Positions 11,182-21,000 of a stretch of DNA of 64,000 bases are shown here, in pieces. This DNA is from Obrimoposthia wandeli (lineage: Eukaryota), in the NCBI GenBank assembly GCA_977020255.1, contig CDROCS010002834.1:124001-188000 (forward strand), given 5' to 3'. The position numbers and the translations under genes were made by a program. Below the pieces are notes generated by a model. It saw nothing but the letters and a program-made list of their open reading frames with translations. It had not been told where the DNA came from and did no database searches. Numbering within the stretch: position 1 is the stretch's first letter; each line of letters opens with the position of its first letter.

Positions 11182-12129
11182 ATGATCAAACTGGGCATCG
11201 TGATGGACCCAATCGAGTCTATCAACATTAAAAAAGATTCCAGCTTTGCCATGATGATGGAAGCACAGCGTCGCGGTTGGGAAATCCATTATATGGAAAT
11301 GAACGACTTGTCTTTAGAACAAGGCAAAGCCGTTGCTCGTACCCGTATTGTTAGCTTAAAAGAAGATCCAAACGGTTGGTTTGAATTCCAAAGTGAACAA
11401 GAAATCGCATTATCAGATTTAGACGCCGTATTAATGCGTAAAGATCCTCCGTTCGATACTGAATATATCTATGCGACTTATATTCTTGAGCGTGCAGAAA
11501 ACGAAGGTGCGCTGATCGTTAATAAACCTCAGAGCCTACGTGATTGTAATGAAAAACTATTTACAGCATGGTTCCCAGAGCTAACGCCAACAACAATCGT
11601 TACTCGTCGTGCTGATAAACTAAAAGCATTCCACCAAGAACATGGTGATGTGATCCTAAAACCTTTAGATGGCATGGGTGGTTCTTCTATCTTCCGTGTG
11701 ATGGAAGGCGATCCGAATGTATCAGTGATCATTGAAACCCTTACCGCAATGGGCACAACCTACTGCATGGCACAAACATTCGTGCCAGATATCAGCAATG
11801 GTGATAAGCGTATTCTTGTAGTAGATGGCGAGCCAATGCCATATTGCTTAGCGCGTATTCCAGCCAAAGGTGAAACACGCGGTAACTTAGCGGCTGGTGG
11901 TCGTGGTGAAGCACGCCCTATCAGTGAAACCGATCGTAAGATTGCAGAAACCGTTGCGCCGGTATTGAAAGAAAAAGGTCTAATCTTCGTTGGATTGGAT
12001 GTTATCGGTGACAAACTAACGGAAATTAACGTAACAAGCCCAACGTGTATTCGTGAAATCGAAGCTGCTTTCGATATTTCGATTACAGGCAAGCTAATGG
12101 ATGCAATCGAGCGTCGATTAGAAAAATAA
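11182..12129 (+). CDS. gshB: Glutathione synthetase
   Basis: MIKLGIVMDP, MRKDPPFD, KPLDGMGG, EINVTSPT. Confidence 0.98.
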   Translation: MIKLGIVMDPIESINIKKDSSFAMMMEAQRRGWEIHYMEMNDLSLEQGKAVARTRIVSLKEDPNGWFEFQSEQEIALSDLDAVLMRKDPPFDTEYIYATYILERAENEGALIVNKPQSLRDCNEKLFTAWFPELTPTTIVTRRADKLKAFHQEHGDVILKPLDGMGGSSIFRVMEGDPNVSVIIETLTAMGTTYCMAQTFVPDISNGDKRILVVDGEPMPYCLARIPAKGETRGNLAAGGRGEARPISETDRKIAETVAPVLKEKGLIFVGLDVIGDKLTEINVTSPTCIREIEAAFDISITGKLMDAIERRLEK

Positions 12130-12383
12130 ACTGAACACCGAGATAACGCAGCCAACTTTATTCGTATCTTACGTACTAATAAAAAACGTTAAGAGACTTA
12201 AACAGGTTAGGCTGTGTTACTCATCACTCATGTAAACTTCCCTCTTCGTACCTTGCCTGAAGGTTTCTTACTCTTTACGACGACAATGTTAAAAGATCAA
12301 CAGACCCTAATACCAATTCCTTAAAATACTCTGCATACTGTAGATAGAGAATCATATATTTCAATTAGCTGTCGGTGTGATCT

Positions 12384-12947
12384 ATGAATTTAACTAACCA
12401 TTTTCTAGTCGCCATGCCTAGCATGCAAGACCCACATTTTAAACGTGGTGTAGTGTATGTTTGTGAGCACAATGAAGAAGGAGCTATGGGCTTAGTCATC
12501 AACTTGCCTATCGAAATATCCGTGGGCAATATGCTTGAACAGATTGAGGTTGAACGTGATCTTCCCGTTAATAATCCCGATAGCCTAACGCAATCAGTAT
12601 TAAACGGCGGACCTGTTTCTGAAGACCGAGGTTTTGTTTTGCATCAACCCAAAGGTCAGTTTGATTCAAGCATCAGCATTAACGATGAGCTCTCAGTAAC
12701 AACATCACAAGATATTTTACCGTTACTCGGTACTAGTGAAGCACCAGAAAAATTTATCGTCGCATTAGGTTATGCTGGATGGTCTGCAGGACAATTAGAG
12801 CAAGAACTAGCAGAAAATAGCTGGTTAACTATGGAAGCCGACGCTGAAGTGATTTTTGAAACCCCTATTAATGAGCGATGGAATACCGCTGTCGCCCGCT
12901 TAGGTATAAATCCGGCCAACCTTTCGATCGAAAAAGGACATGCATGA
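12384..12947 (+). CDS. yqgE: YqgE/AlgH (UPF0301) protein
   Basis: [26 protein letters not shown]. Confidence 0.95.
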   Translation: MNLTNHFLVAMPSMQDPHFKRGVVYVCEHNEEGAMGLVINLPIEISVGNMLEQIEVERDLPVNNPDSLTQSVLNGGPVSEDRGFVLHQPKGQFDSSISINDELSVTTSQDILPLLGTSEAPEKFIVALGYAGWSAGQLEQELAENSWLTMEADAEVIFETPINERWNTAVARLGINPANLSIEKGHA

Positions 12948-13372
12948 GTAACTCACGCAGTGTATTAGCATTTGATTACGGCACAAAAAGTATTGGTGTT
13001 GCAATCGGTCAAGAACTAACAGGTACAGCAAACCCTCTGGCTGCACTTAAAGCAAAAGATGGCATTCCCAACTGGGATGACATTGGTAAAATTCTAAAAG
13101 AATGGCAACCCGATTTAGTTGTTGTTGGTCTTCCCCTCGATTTAGAAGGTGGAGAGCTTGAAAGCATTACACCTCGCGCTAAAAAATTCGCCAATCGTAT
13201 ACACGGTCGATTCGGTTGTGTCGTTGAATTACATGACGAGCGGTTGAGTACTGTTGAAGCAAAAGCAGAATTATTTGAACACGGTGGATACCGTGCATTA
13301 AGTAAAGGCAATATCGATTCACAATCTGCAGTCGTTATTTTAGAAAGCTGGTTTGAACGCCAATACGGTTAA
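12944..13372 (+). CDS. yqgF: Pre-16S rRNA nuclease / Holliday junction resolvase-like YqgF
   Basis: LAFDYG, VVGLP, DERLST, IDSQSA; ATGA overlap with the yqgE stop. Confidence 0.95.
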   Translation: MSNSRSVLAFDYGTKSIGVAIGQELTGTANPLAALKAKDGIPNWDDIGKILKEWQPDLVVVGLPLDLEGGELESITPRAKKFANRIHGRFGCVVELHDERLSTVEAKAELFEHGGYRALSKGNIDSQSAVVILESWFERQYG

Positions 13373-13380
13373 AAAAAACA

Positions 13381-13408
13381 TGAGTATCGAATAGCCTTTC
13401 GGTACTCA
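13381..13408 (-). terminator. Hairpin that reads as an intrinsic terminator on the minus strand
   Basis: TGAGTATCGAA-tagcct-TTCGGTACTCA, preceded on the + strand by an 8-A run (13371-13378). Confidence 0.6.
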
Positions 13409-13473
13409 CCTCTTGTTCATCATTTGTATTATACATTCACTGCATTAGCACTTTCTGCCTTCATTCCTACCTT

Positions 13474-13744
13474 GATCATCGTCGATATAAGCAGCTTTAA
13501 ATACCGTTCGTGATCACCTTGTACAGCTTTTCGTATAAAAAACAGCGCAAGCCTACCTCACTCAAAATGGATCAACAATCTGAAGATAAAGATCCAGTGT
13601 TTGTAGGGCTTGATCAGCTTGTACAGCTTTGGGACTACAGTAACCCAAAAGCTATACAAGCTGTACGCGAGGATCTTAACTTTCACTATGATCCTTTGTT
13701 TACAGGTAGTTATGATTATTAGCAGTACTTATAGCTTTAGGATC
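13474..13744. repeat. GATC-dense intergenic locus with repeated GATC-N5-GTACAGCTT motifs
   Basis: 8 GATC in 271 bp; 20-bp direct repeat TGATCA(C/G)CTTGTACAGCTTT at 13511 and 13611; inverted motif copy at 13658-13675. Confidence 0.8.
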
Positions 13745-13766
13745 ATTGTAACTCTATAACTGTCTA

Positions 13767-14870
13767 TTACAATTCAACTGTGACACCGTCTAACGCACTG
13801 CCTCCCATCATTTTTTTATTCCCGACCTTGATCATCAAACGTAGATCGTTCGCAGAATCCGCATGATGGAGTGCATCTTGCTCGGTGATCTTTCCTTCAC
13901 TAAATAATTGATAAAGTGACTGATCAAACGTCACCATGCCGGATTCACCTGACTTCGCCATTACATCTTTGATCTCATGTAATTCACCACGACGAATAAG
14001 ATCCGCCACACGTGGCGTATTCAGTAATAATTCAAATGTTGCATGCCGACCAATACCGTGTGCGTCTGGGATCAACTGCTGAGCCAAAATACATTTCAGG
14101 TTTAATGACAGATCAAATAAAAATTGATCACGGCGCTCTTTCGGGACTAAATGTAGAATTCTCTCCAATGCCTGATTCGCATTATTTGCATGTAACGTCG
14201 CCATACACAGGTGCCCTGTTTCAGCAAAGTTCATTGCGTACTCCATGGTTTCAGGCGTACGCACCTCACCGATCAAGATCATATCGGGAGCTTGGCGCAG
14301 CGAATTCTTTAGCGCGACTTCATAACTCTCTGTATCTAAACCCACTTCACGCTGTGTGACGATGCAGCGATCATGCTTATGCACAAATTCAATGGGATCT
14401 TCTACCGTTAAAATATGACCGCTACGGTTTTTATTCCGAAAGCCAGTCATTGCCGCCATCGAGGTAGACTTACCCGATCCAGTCGCGCCGACAATAAGCA
14501 CTAAACCACGCTTTGCTAACGCCATTCTTTGCATATCAATGGGTAAATTGAGATCAGTCAAATCAGGAATGTGGGTTTCAATTCGACGAATAACCATGCC
14601 CGGTAATTCACGTTGCCAAAATGCACTCACCCGAAAACGCATATCACCACGTACTAATGCAAAATTGGCTTCACGTGTCACGACAAATTCTTGGTACAAC
14701 ACCCGATCCATGGCTTCATCAAACAATGCATCAACCCCTTCACGCGTTAATTCTTCACCCAATGCGTGCAGGTGACCATCAATACGCAAAAGGCAAGGTG
14801 AATCAACGGTGATATATAAATCAGATGCTTTTTTACTGACGACTTCATTGAGAATATCTTGCAGCTTCAT
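13767..14870 (-). CDS. pilU: Type IV pilus retraction ATPase PilU
   Basis: GATGSGKST, TVEDPIEF, LRQAPD, TLHANNANQA. Confidence 0.95.
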   Translation of the reverse strand: MKLQDILNEVVSKKASDLYITVDSPCLLRIDGHLHALGEELTREGVDALFDEAMDRVLYQEFVVTREANFALVRGDMRFRVSAFWQRELPGMVIRRIETHIPDLTDLNLPIDMQRMALAKRGLVLIVGATGSGKSTSMAAMTGFRNKNRSGHILTVEDPIEFVHKHDRCIVTQREVGLDTESYEVALKNSLRQAPDMILIGEVRTPETMEYAMNFAETGHLCMATLHANNANQALERILHLVPKERRDQFLFDLSLNLKCILAQQLIPDAHGIGRHATFELLLNTPRVADLIRRGELHEIKDVMAKSGESGMVTFDQSLYQLFSEGKITEQDALHHADSANDLRLMIKVGNKKMMGGSALDGVTVEL

Positions 14871-14933
14871 TCTCGTTCCTTCGTTTAAAATTCAAATAAA
14901 AAGGTTCATTCACGGCGATATAAGCAATGATAT

Positions 14934-15971
14934 TTACATGATGGATGATGCACCATTAACTATACGACGCCCTTCTTCAGAATCAACAGTACCTTGTGCC
15001 ACCAGCATTTTGACGCTTTGTTCCATGGTTTGCATGCCCATAGACGATCCCGTTTGGATCATTGAATACATTTGCGCGACTTTGCTTTCTCGAATTAGGT
15101 TTCTAATCGCAGGCGTGGCTATCATCACTTCATGTGCGGCAACTCGACCACCATTGACATTTTTAAGTAGACTTTGCGATACCACAGCACGTAAAGATTC
15201 AGACAGCATTGAACGTACCATATCCTTATCATTACCCGGGAATACATCGATAATACGATCGACGGTTTTAGCCGCAGAACTGGTGTGCAAAGTGCCTAAT
15301 ACTAAATGCCCTGTTTCAGCGGCTGTCAGTGCCAAGCTAATGGTTTCTTGGTCGCGTAACTCCCCCACCACGATCACATCGGGATCTTCACGTAAGGCAG
15401 AGCGTAATGCATTGTGAAAACTGTGCGTATCACGGTGCACTTCACGTTGATTAATCAAGCAACGTTTACTGGTATGAACAAATTCCACCGGATCTTCAAT
15501 GGTTAAAATATGGCTATTGGTATTTTCATTAATGTAATCCACTAAGGCAGCAATCGTGGTGGATTTACCTGAACCGGTCGCCCCTGTTACCAAGACTAAA
15601 CCACGCTGACATTGCGCAATTTTGTAAAAAATATCGGGCACATTAAGCGATTCAAGGCTGGGAATAGCGACAGGAATCGTTCGAAATACTGCTGCACCAC
15701 CACGAGATTGATGAAACGCATTCACACGAAAGCGACCTACATTAGGTAATTCAAATGAAAAATCGACTTCAAGCCTTTCTTCGTATTCACGGCGCTGTGC
15801 ATCGTTCATAATGTCGAACACTAAACGGTGTACTTCTGAATGGTCTAAAGCTGGTAGGCTGAGTTTTCTAACATCACCATCAACACGGATCATCGGTGGT
15901 ACACCCGCAGAAAGGTGCAGATCTGACGCATTATGCTTTACACTAAAGTCCAGTAGTTCTGTGATATCCAT
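14934..15971 (-). CDS. pilT: Type IV pilus retraction ATPase PilT
   Basis: GATGSGKST, ALREDPD, TLHTSSAAKT, AIRNLIRE motif. Confidence 0.97.
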   Translation of the reverse strand: MDITELLDFSVKHNASDLHLSAGVPPMIRVDGDVRKLSLPALDHSEVHRLVFDIMNDAQRREYEERLEVDFSFELPNVGRFRVNAFHQSRGGAAVFRTIPVAIPSLESLNVPDIFYKIAQCQRGLVLVTGATGSGKSTTIAALVDYINENTNSHILTIEDPVEFVHTSKRCLINQREVHRDTHSFHNALRSALREDPDVIVVGELRDQETISLALTAAETGHLVLGTLHTSSAAKTVDRIIDVFPGNDKDMVRSMLSESLRAVVSQSLLKNVNGGRVAAHEVMIATPAIRNLIRESKVAQMYSMIQTGSSMGMQTMEQSVKMLVAQGTVDSEEGRRIVNGASSIM

Positions 15972-15993
15972 AACTTTTCCTCAAGAATCAATT

Positions 15994-16707
15994 ATGAGTA
16001 GTATCAAACAAAATATTGAACAGGTCATCAGTCAGATAACCTCTGCGACCGAAAAATGCGGTCGAGCAACAGATTCCGTGCAACTCTTGGCGGTAAGTAA
16101 AACAAAACCGATAGCTGCAATTGATGATGCAATTGCCGTGGGTCAACGTGCGTTTGGTGAAAACTACGTGCAAGAAGGCGTTGAAAAAGTGCAGCATTTT
16201 GCAGACCATGCACAAGCTGAAGAGATTGTTTGGCACTTTATTGGTCCAATACAATCGAATAAGACACGCCCGATTGCAGAGCATTTCGATTGGGTTCATT
16301 CGGTTGATCGTATTAAAACGGCGCGAAGGCTCAATGAGCAACGCCCATCAAGTCTGGCACCTCTGAATATATTGCTACAGGTCAATACCAGTGGTGAAGA
16401 GAGTAAATCAGGCATTAATGTTACCGACTTAGCTGCTTTAGCGGATGAGATTGCAACCATGCCCAATTTAGTCTTACGTGGATTGATGTCGATTCCACAG
16501 AAAGCCGACAGTTATGACAGCCAATATGCGGCCTTTAAATTACTGGCGGATGCACAACAACAATTACACATTAAGTACCCACAGATCGACACATTATCGA
16601 TGGGTATGAGCGGTGATATGGACGCCGCCATCGCAGCAGGCAGTACAATCGTACGCATTGGTACTGCAATTTTCGGTGCGCGTGATTATTCAAATAAAAA
16701 CGCATAG
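15994..16707 (+). CDS. yggS: PLP homeostasis protein YggS
   Basis: LLAVSKTK, FGENYVQE, WHFIGPIQSNK, SMGMS; start at ATG 15994. Confidence 0.96.
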   Translation: MSSIKQNIEQVISQITSATEKCGRATDSVQLLAVSKTKPIAAIDDAIAVGQRAFGENYVQEGVEKVQHFADHAQAEEIVWHFIGPIQSNKTRPIAEHFDWVHSVDRIKTARRLNEQRPSSLAPLNILLQVNTSGEESKSGINVTDLAALADEIATMPNLVLRGLMSIPQKADSYDSQYAAFKLLADAQQQLHIKYPQIDTLSMGMSGDMDAAIAAGSTIVRIGTAIFGARDYSNKNA

Positions 16708-16779
16708 CAGCACATATAACGACATGAGGTACGAGCGGGTAGATGCTCGTCACTTTTTATTGGTTGATAAGGATTTTTC

Positions 16780-17598
16780 ATGGAACAACGCTCGATCACC
16801 TTCATTGGCGCTGGCAATATGGCGCGTTCAATCATTGCAGGGTTAGTTGTAAGTGGCTACCCAGCCAATAAGATTACCGCAACCGCCCCTAGCGAAGCGC
16901 GTCGTGAACCTTTAGCGCGTGATTATGGTATTCATACCGACGCCGATAATCTACGCGCCGCGCAACAAGCTGATGTTATTGTGCTTGCGGTTAAGCCCCA
17001 GTTAATGGAAAGCGTTTGTCATGCACTGCAAGATATCGACTTCTCAAATAAATTAGTCATTTCAATTGCAGCAGGTATTTCTGCTTCTCGTTTAAATGAC
17101 ATGCTAAATACTGAGCTGAATCTTGTTCGAGTGATGCCAAATACACCGTCATTGATCGGTAAAGGCATGAGTGGTCTATTTGCATCACAAAGTGTATCAG
17201 CAAATGATAAAGTCTATGCCGAACAATTAATGCAAGCTGTGGGTGAAGCCTGTTGGGTTCAACAAGAATCTGGCATTAACGGTGTGATCGCTGCAGCAGG
17301 TAGTGCACCAGCTTATTTCTTTCTCTTTATGGAAGCGATGCAAAAAGAAGCGATTGCACAAGGTTTCGATGCCGACACTGCGCGTTTACTCGTTCAGCAA
17401 TCCGCATTAGGGGCGGCAGAATTAGTGAAAGCGAACCCCGAGACTGAATTATCGACCTTGCGTGAGCAAGTAACATCAAAAGGTGGAACAACGGCAGAAG
17501 CCATTCGCACATTTAACGAACACCAACTTAGTGATATCGTAGCCAAAGCAATGCGTGCTGCGGTATCTCGCGCTGAAGAAATGGAAAAATTGTTTTAA
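16780..17598 (+). CDS. proC: Pyrroline-5-carboxylate reductase
   Basis: FIGAGNMA, RVMPNTP, VTSKGGTT. Confidence 0.97.
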   Translation: MEQRSITFIGAGNMARSIIAGLVVSGYPANKITATAPSEARREPLARDYGIHTDADNLRAAQQADVIVLAVKPQLMESVCHALQDIDFSNKLVISIAAGISASRLNDMLNTELNLVRVMPNTPSLIGKGMSGLFASQSVSANDKVYAEQLMQAVGEACWVQQESGINGVIAAAGSAPAYFFLFMEAMQKEAIAQGFDADTARLLVQQSALGAAELVKANPETELSTLREQVTSKGGTTAEAIRTFNEHQLSDIVAKAMRAAVSRAEEMEKLF

Positions 17599-17607
17599 GG
17601 TTAATAT

Positions 17608-18162
17608 ATGAACTCTCTTGGTTTTTTAGTAAGTACTGTTTTCGACCTCTACATTATGGTCGTGCTAATTAGAATATGGCTACAATGGGCTCGCGCTGAT
17701 TTCTACAATCCGTTCTCTCAGTTTGTAGTGAAAGCAACACAACCTATTGTTGCCCCACTTCGCCGCATGATTCCACCTATCGGTGGTTTTGACTTAGCGA
17801 CATTAATTTTCGCTTACGTGCTAAGTATTGGTAAATTTTTGACACTGCAATTAGCACTCAATGGCGGCATTGTATTTAGCCCTGATTTCTTATGGATTGG
17901 TGCTTTATCGCTGTTAAAAGCAGCCGGTGGTCTTCTCTTTTGGATTCTACTACTACGTGCCATCCTTAGCTGGGTAAGCCAAGGTCGTAACCCAATTGAA
18001 TTCGTCATGCATCAACTAACAGAACCCCTAACCGCCCCTATCCGTCGTGTTATTCCGGCAATGGGCGGTTTAGATTTAAGCGTATTAGTGCTGTTTCTTG
18101 GCCTACAGTTCGCTAACTTTCTGATGGGTGATTTGATCGGTCCGGTTTGGTTCCAACTATGA
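17608..18162 (+). CDS. yggT: YggT family membrane protein
   Basis: Two YGGT repeats (NPFSQF..., NPIEFV...LTEP); proC-yggT-yggU order. Confidence 0.93.
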   Translation: MNSLGFLVSTVFDLYIMVVLIRIWLQWARADFYNPFSQFVVKATQPIVAPLRRMIPPIGGFDLATLIFAYVLSIGKFLTLQLALNGGIVFSPDFLWIGALSLLKAAGGLLFWILLLRAILSWVSQGRNPIEFVMHQLTEPLTAPIRRVIPAMGGLDLSVLVLFLGLQFANFLMGDLIGPVWFQL

Positions 18163-18452
18163 GCCAAAGTGCTGTAAGTAAAACAGGCGATGATTTACTT
18201 ATTCGCCTGTACATTCAACCGAAAGCCAGTCGCGATCAAATCGTTGGCTTGCACGGTGAAGAGCTAAAAATAGCGATTACAGCACCCCCCGTTGATGGCA
18301 AAGCCAATGCACACTTAAGTAAATTTCTGGCGAAACAATTTCGCGTCGCTAAAGGCCAAGTGTTGATAGAGAAAGGAATGCAAGGTCGCCATAAACAAGT
18401 GCGTATTGAAAGCCCACGTGAAATTCCGCCAGTAATCGCAGAATTGCTATAG
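18159..18452 (+). CDS. yggU: DUF167/YggU protein
   Basis: [20 protein letters not shown]; ATGA overlap with the yggT stop. Confidence 0.93.
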   Translation: MSQSAVSKTGDDLLIRLYIQPKASRDQIVGLHGEELKIAITAPPVDGKANAHLSKFLAKQFRVAKGQVLIEKGMQGRHKQVRIESPREIPPVIAELL

Positions 18453-18542
18453 GGCATTACAGCTATACTAAAGGAAGTTTGCAATACCCATCTGATAATT
18501 GCGGTCTTTTATTATCAGGTGGGTATCTAAAAGGATAATGTC

Positions 18543-18971
18543 ATGATTCGTATTCTATGTTTATTGTCGGCGATGCTTTTTACAGCATTACCAGCTCAAG
18601 CAGAACAATTCAAAAATATCGGTAATCTTGAGGTGCATTATTCAAGCTTCCCATCGACATTTTTGACGCCAGAAGTCGCCAATACTTATCGTATTACACG
18701 TAGTCGATATTCTGCTGTGGTGAATGTCACCGTGCTTGATACTTCAACAACAGGCAAACCAGCAGTAACTGCACAGCTATCTGGAAAAGCACGGAACTTG
18801 CTGGGTACCGAAAAGAAATTAGCCTTTCGTGAAGTACGCGAAGGAAAGGCTATTTACTACATCGCTGAACTTAGTCATGCCAATGAAGAGAGTTTCAAAT
18901 TTACGATTGATGTGTTCCAAGATGGGACTAAAGGCGAAATTAAATTTGATCAAATCTTCTACGTGGATTAA
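18543..18971 (+). CDS. Exported protein, DUF4426-like
   Basis: Signal peptide, VHYSSFPSTFLTPEVA, EGKAIYY; usual position between yggU and rdgB in Vibrionaceae. Confidence 0.75.
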   Translation: MIRILCLLSAMLFTALPAQAEQFKNIGNLEVHYSSFPSTFLTPEVANTYRITRSRYSAVVNVTVLDTSTTGKPAVTAQLSGKARNLLGTEKKLAFREVREGKAIYYIAELSHANEESFKFTIDVFQDGTKGEIKFDQIFYVD

Positions 18972-19017
18972 ACGCTGACAAATAAAAAAGTTGCGTAATC
19001 GCATGGCAATCAACATC

Positions 19018-19039
19018 AAGGAGCTTCAGCTCCTTTTTT
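19018..19039 (+). terminator. Intrinsic terminator
   Basis: AAGGAGC-ttca-GCTCCTTTTTT. Confidence 0.85.
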
Positions 19040-19170
19040 ATTCCTCCTCGTAAATTAATCCTCGCCCTTTCACGTTAATAAATTTCTGCTGAAACTCGCA
19101 TCTGTAAGCCGCTTAGGTATATCATGTCGCCCTTATTTTCCGTTTCATTAAGCATCGTAGAGGCACACCG

Positions 19171-19764
19171 ATGAGCAAACTCGTATTAGCGACAGGCAAC
19201 CAAGGTAAAGTGAAAGAGATGGCTAGCTTGCTGGCTGATTTTGGTTTTGATGTTGTTGCACAAAGTGACTTTAATGTGTCTTCAGTCGCTGAAACTGGCA
19301 CCACGTTTATCGAAAATGCGATCATTAAAGCGCGCCATGCCGCTAAAGAAACGGGCTTACCAGCCATTGCTGACGATTCTGGTTTAGAGGTCGATTTTCT
19401 ACAAGGTGCTCCGGGCATTTATTCTGCTCGCTTTGCGGGTGAAGATGCCACCGATCAACAGAACCTTGAGAAACTATTGACTGATATGGAAGGCGTACCA
19501 GCAGAGCAACGTACTGCTCGTTTCCACTGCGTATTAGTGATGATGCGCCATGAAAACGACCCAACACCTTTGGTGTGCCATGGTAGCTGGGAAGGCAGTA
19601 TCTTAAAACAAGCTCAAGGCGAAAATGGTTTTGGCTATGATCCTGTATTCTGGGTGCCAGAAGATCAATGCGCTTCAGCCCAACTAGAATCAACACGTAA
19701 GAAAGAATTATCTCATCGTGGCAAAGCGCTACAAAAACTCTTTGCTGCCCTGAAGGACGCATAA
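19171..19764 (+). CDS. rdgB: dITP/XTP pyrophosphatase
   Basis: [26 protein letters not shown]. Confidence 0.97.
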   Translation: MSKLVLATGNQGKVKEMASLLADFGFDVVAQSDFNVSSVAETGTTFIENAIIKARHAAKETGLPAIADDSGLEVDFLQGAPGIYSARFAGEDATDQQNLEKLLTDMEGVPAEQRTARFHCVLVMMRHENDPTPLVCHGSWEGSILKQAQGENGFGYDPVFWVPEDQCASAQLESTRKKELSHRGKALQKLFAALKDA

Positions 19765-20918
19765 TGTTAGTACCACCCCCTCTAAGCCTGTATGTACATA
19801 TTCCTTGGTGTGTTCAAAAATGCCCATACTGCGATTTCAATTCGCATGCATTAAAAGCCGAGATCCCAGAGCTCGATTATATCGATGCCCTACTCGACGA
19901 TTTAGACATCGATCTAGCAAAATATCAGCTGGAGGCTGGGGTTCGTCCGTTACATTCCATCTTTATTGGCGGTGGTACACCAAGCTTAATTTCTCCACCA
20001 GAAATCGGTCGTTTGCTAAAAGGCATTGAAGCAAGAATTCCGTTTAGCCACGATATCGAAATCACGATGGAAGCCAACCCTGGCACCGTTGAAGCTGGGC
20101 GTTTTGTTGCTTACCAAAAGGTTGGGGTTAACCGTATTTCTATTGGTGTACAAAGTTTTCAAGATGAGAAGCTGACCCGCCTTGGTCGTATCCATGGTAG
20201 CGATGAAGCACGTAAAGCCGCGAAGCTTGCCACAGAGGCTGGCTTAAACAGCTTTAATATCGATTTGATGCACGGTTTACCCGACCAATCCATTGATGAT
20301 GCGATGTACGACCTTAAACAAGCCATTGCGCTAAATCCACCGCACTTATCTTGGTATCAGCTGACGATAGAACCTAATACGATGTTCTATTCTAAGCCGC
20401 CAACGCTACCTGATGATGACGATTTATGGGATATTTTTGAGCAAGGTCATCAGATATTGGAGGATGCGGGTTACGTGCAATACGAAATATCAGGCTACAG
20501 TAAACCCGGTTTACAATGCCGTCATAACCTCAACTACTGGCGTTTTGGTGATTACCTAGGTATTGGTTGTGGCGCACACGGTAAAGTCAGCTTTGCCGAC
20601 GGTAACATAATCCGTACCGTTAAAGTTAAGCACCCTAGAGGCTACTTAAACCCTGCGAAACCATACTTGGATAAAGAAACTCAAGTCGATGCTATAGAAC
20701 GTCCGTTTGAGTTCTTCATGAACCGGTTCCGCTTGCTTGAGGCATGTCCAAAGCAAGATTACATTGATCAAACAGGATTATCACTCGATACCATCGACAC
20801 CAATATTCAGTGGGCTTTGGAACAAAAGTATCTGGTTGATACTGGCGATACATGGCAGATAACCGAACACGGTAAACTGTTCTTGAATGATTTACTGGCA
20901 GCGTTTGTCGAGGATTAA
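19764..20918 (+). CDS. hemW: Radical SAM heme chaperone HemW (YggW)
   Basis: HIPWCVQKCPYCDFNS CxxxCxxC motif, HNLNYW; TAATG overlap with rdgB. Confidence 0.95.
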   Translation: MLVPPPLSLYVHIPWCVQKCPYCDFNSHALKAEIPELDYIDALLDDLDIDLAKYQLEAGVRPLHSIFIGGGTPSLISPPEIGRLLKGIEARIPFSHDIEITMEANPGTVEAGRFVAYQKVGVNRISIGVQSFQDEKLTRLGRIHGSDEARKAAKLATEAGLNSFNIDLMHGLPDQSIDDAMYDLKQAIALNPPHLSWYQLTIEPNTMFYSKPPTLPDDDDLWDIFEQGHQILEDAGYVQYEISGYSKPGLQCRHNLNYWRFGDYLGIGCGAHGKVSFADGNIIRTVKVKHPRGYLNPAKPYLDKETQVDAIERPFEFFMNRFRLLEACPKQDYIDQTGLSLDTIDTNIQWALEQKYLVDTGDTWQITEHGKLFLNDLLAAFVED

Positions 20919-21000
20919 TCAAAAAAAGTAGCGAGTATCTTACGCATCTTCTTAGTGCGCCAAGATACTCGTATTGTTAACTGTTTAGCAAACGATTTTA

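Noticed and set aside
13510-13722. 70-aa ORF (or 51 aa from ATG 13567) in the yqgF-pilU spacer
   Set aside because: No SD and no recognisable family, and it runs through the DNA repeats. Not supported as a CDS, though Ribo-seq could overturn this.
13474-13744. oriC
   Set aside because: GATC-rich with an IHF-like 13-mer, but there are no TTATCCACA-type DnaA boxes, no AT-rich 13-mer unwinding element and no gidA/mioC context.
13409-13766. CsrB/CsrC-like sRNA
   Set aside because: No array of ANGGA hairpin-loop motifs on either strand; the repeats are GATC/GTACAGCTT based.
14809-15417. 202-aa antisense ORF over pilT, and other antisense or shifted ORFs in the track (for example 5898-6326, 11760-12155, 22448-22918, 34418-34840, 55294-55647)
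   Set aside because: Shadows of well-conserved genes, with no SD or domain signal.
15811-15993. Long N-terminal extension of yggS overlapping pilT
   Set aside because: It overlaps the divergent pilT start; ATG 15994 gives a typical YggS length.
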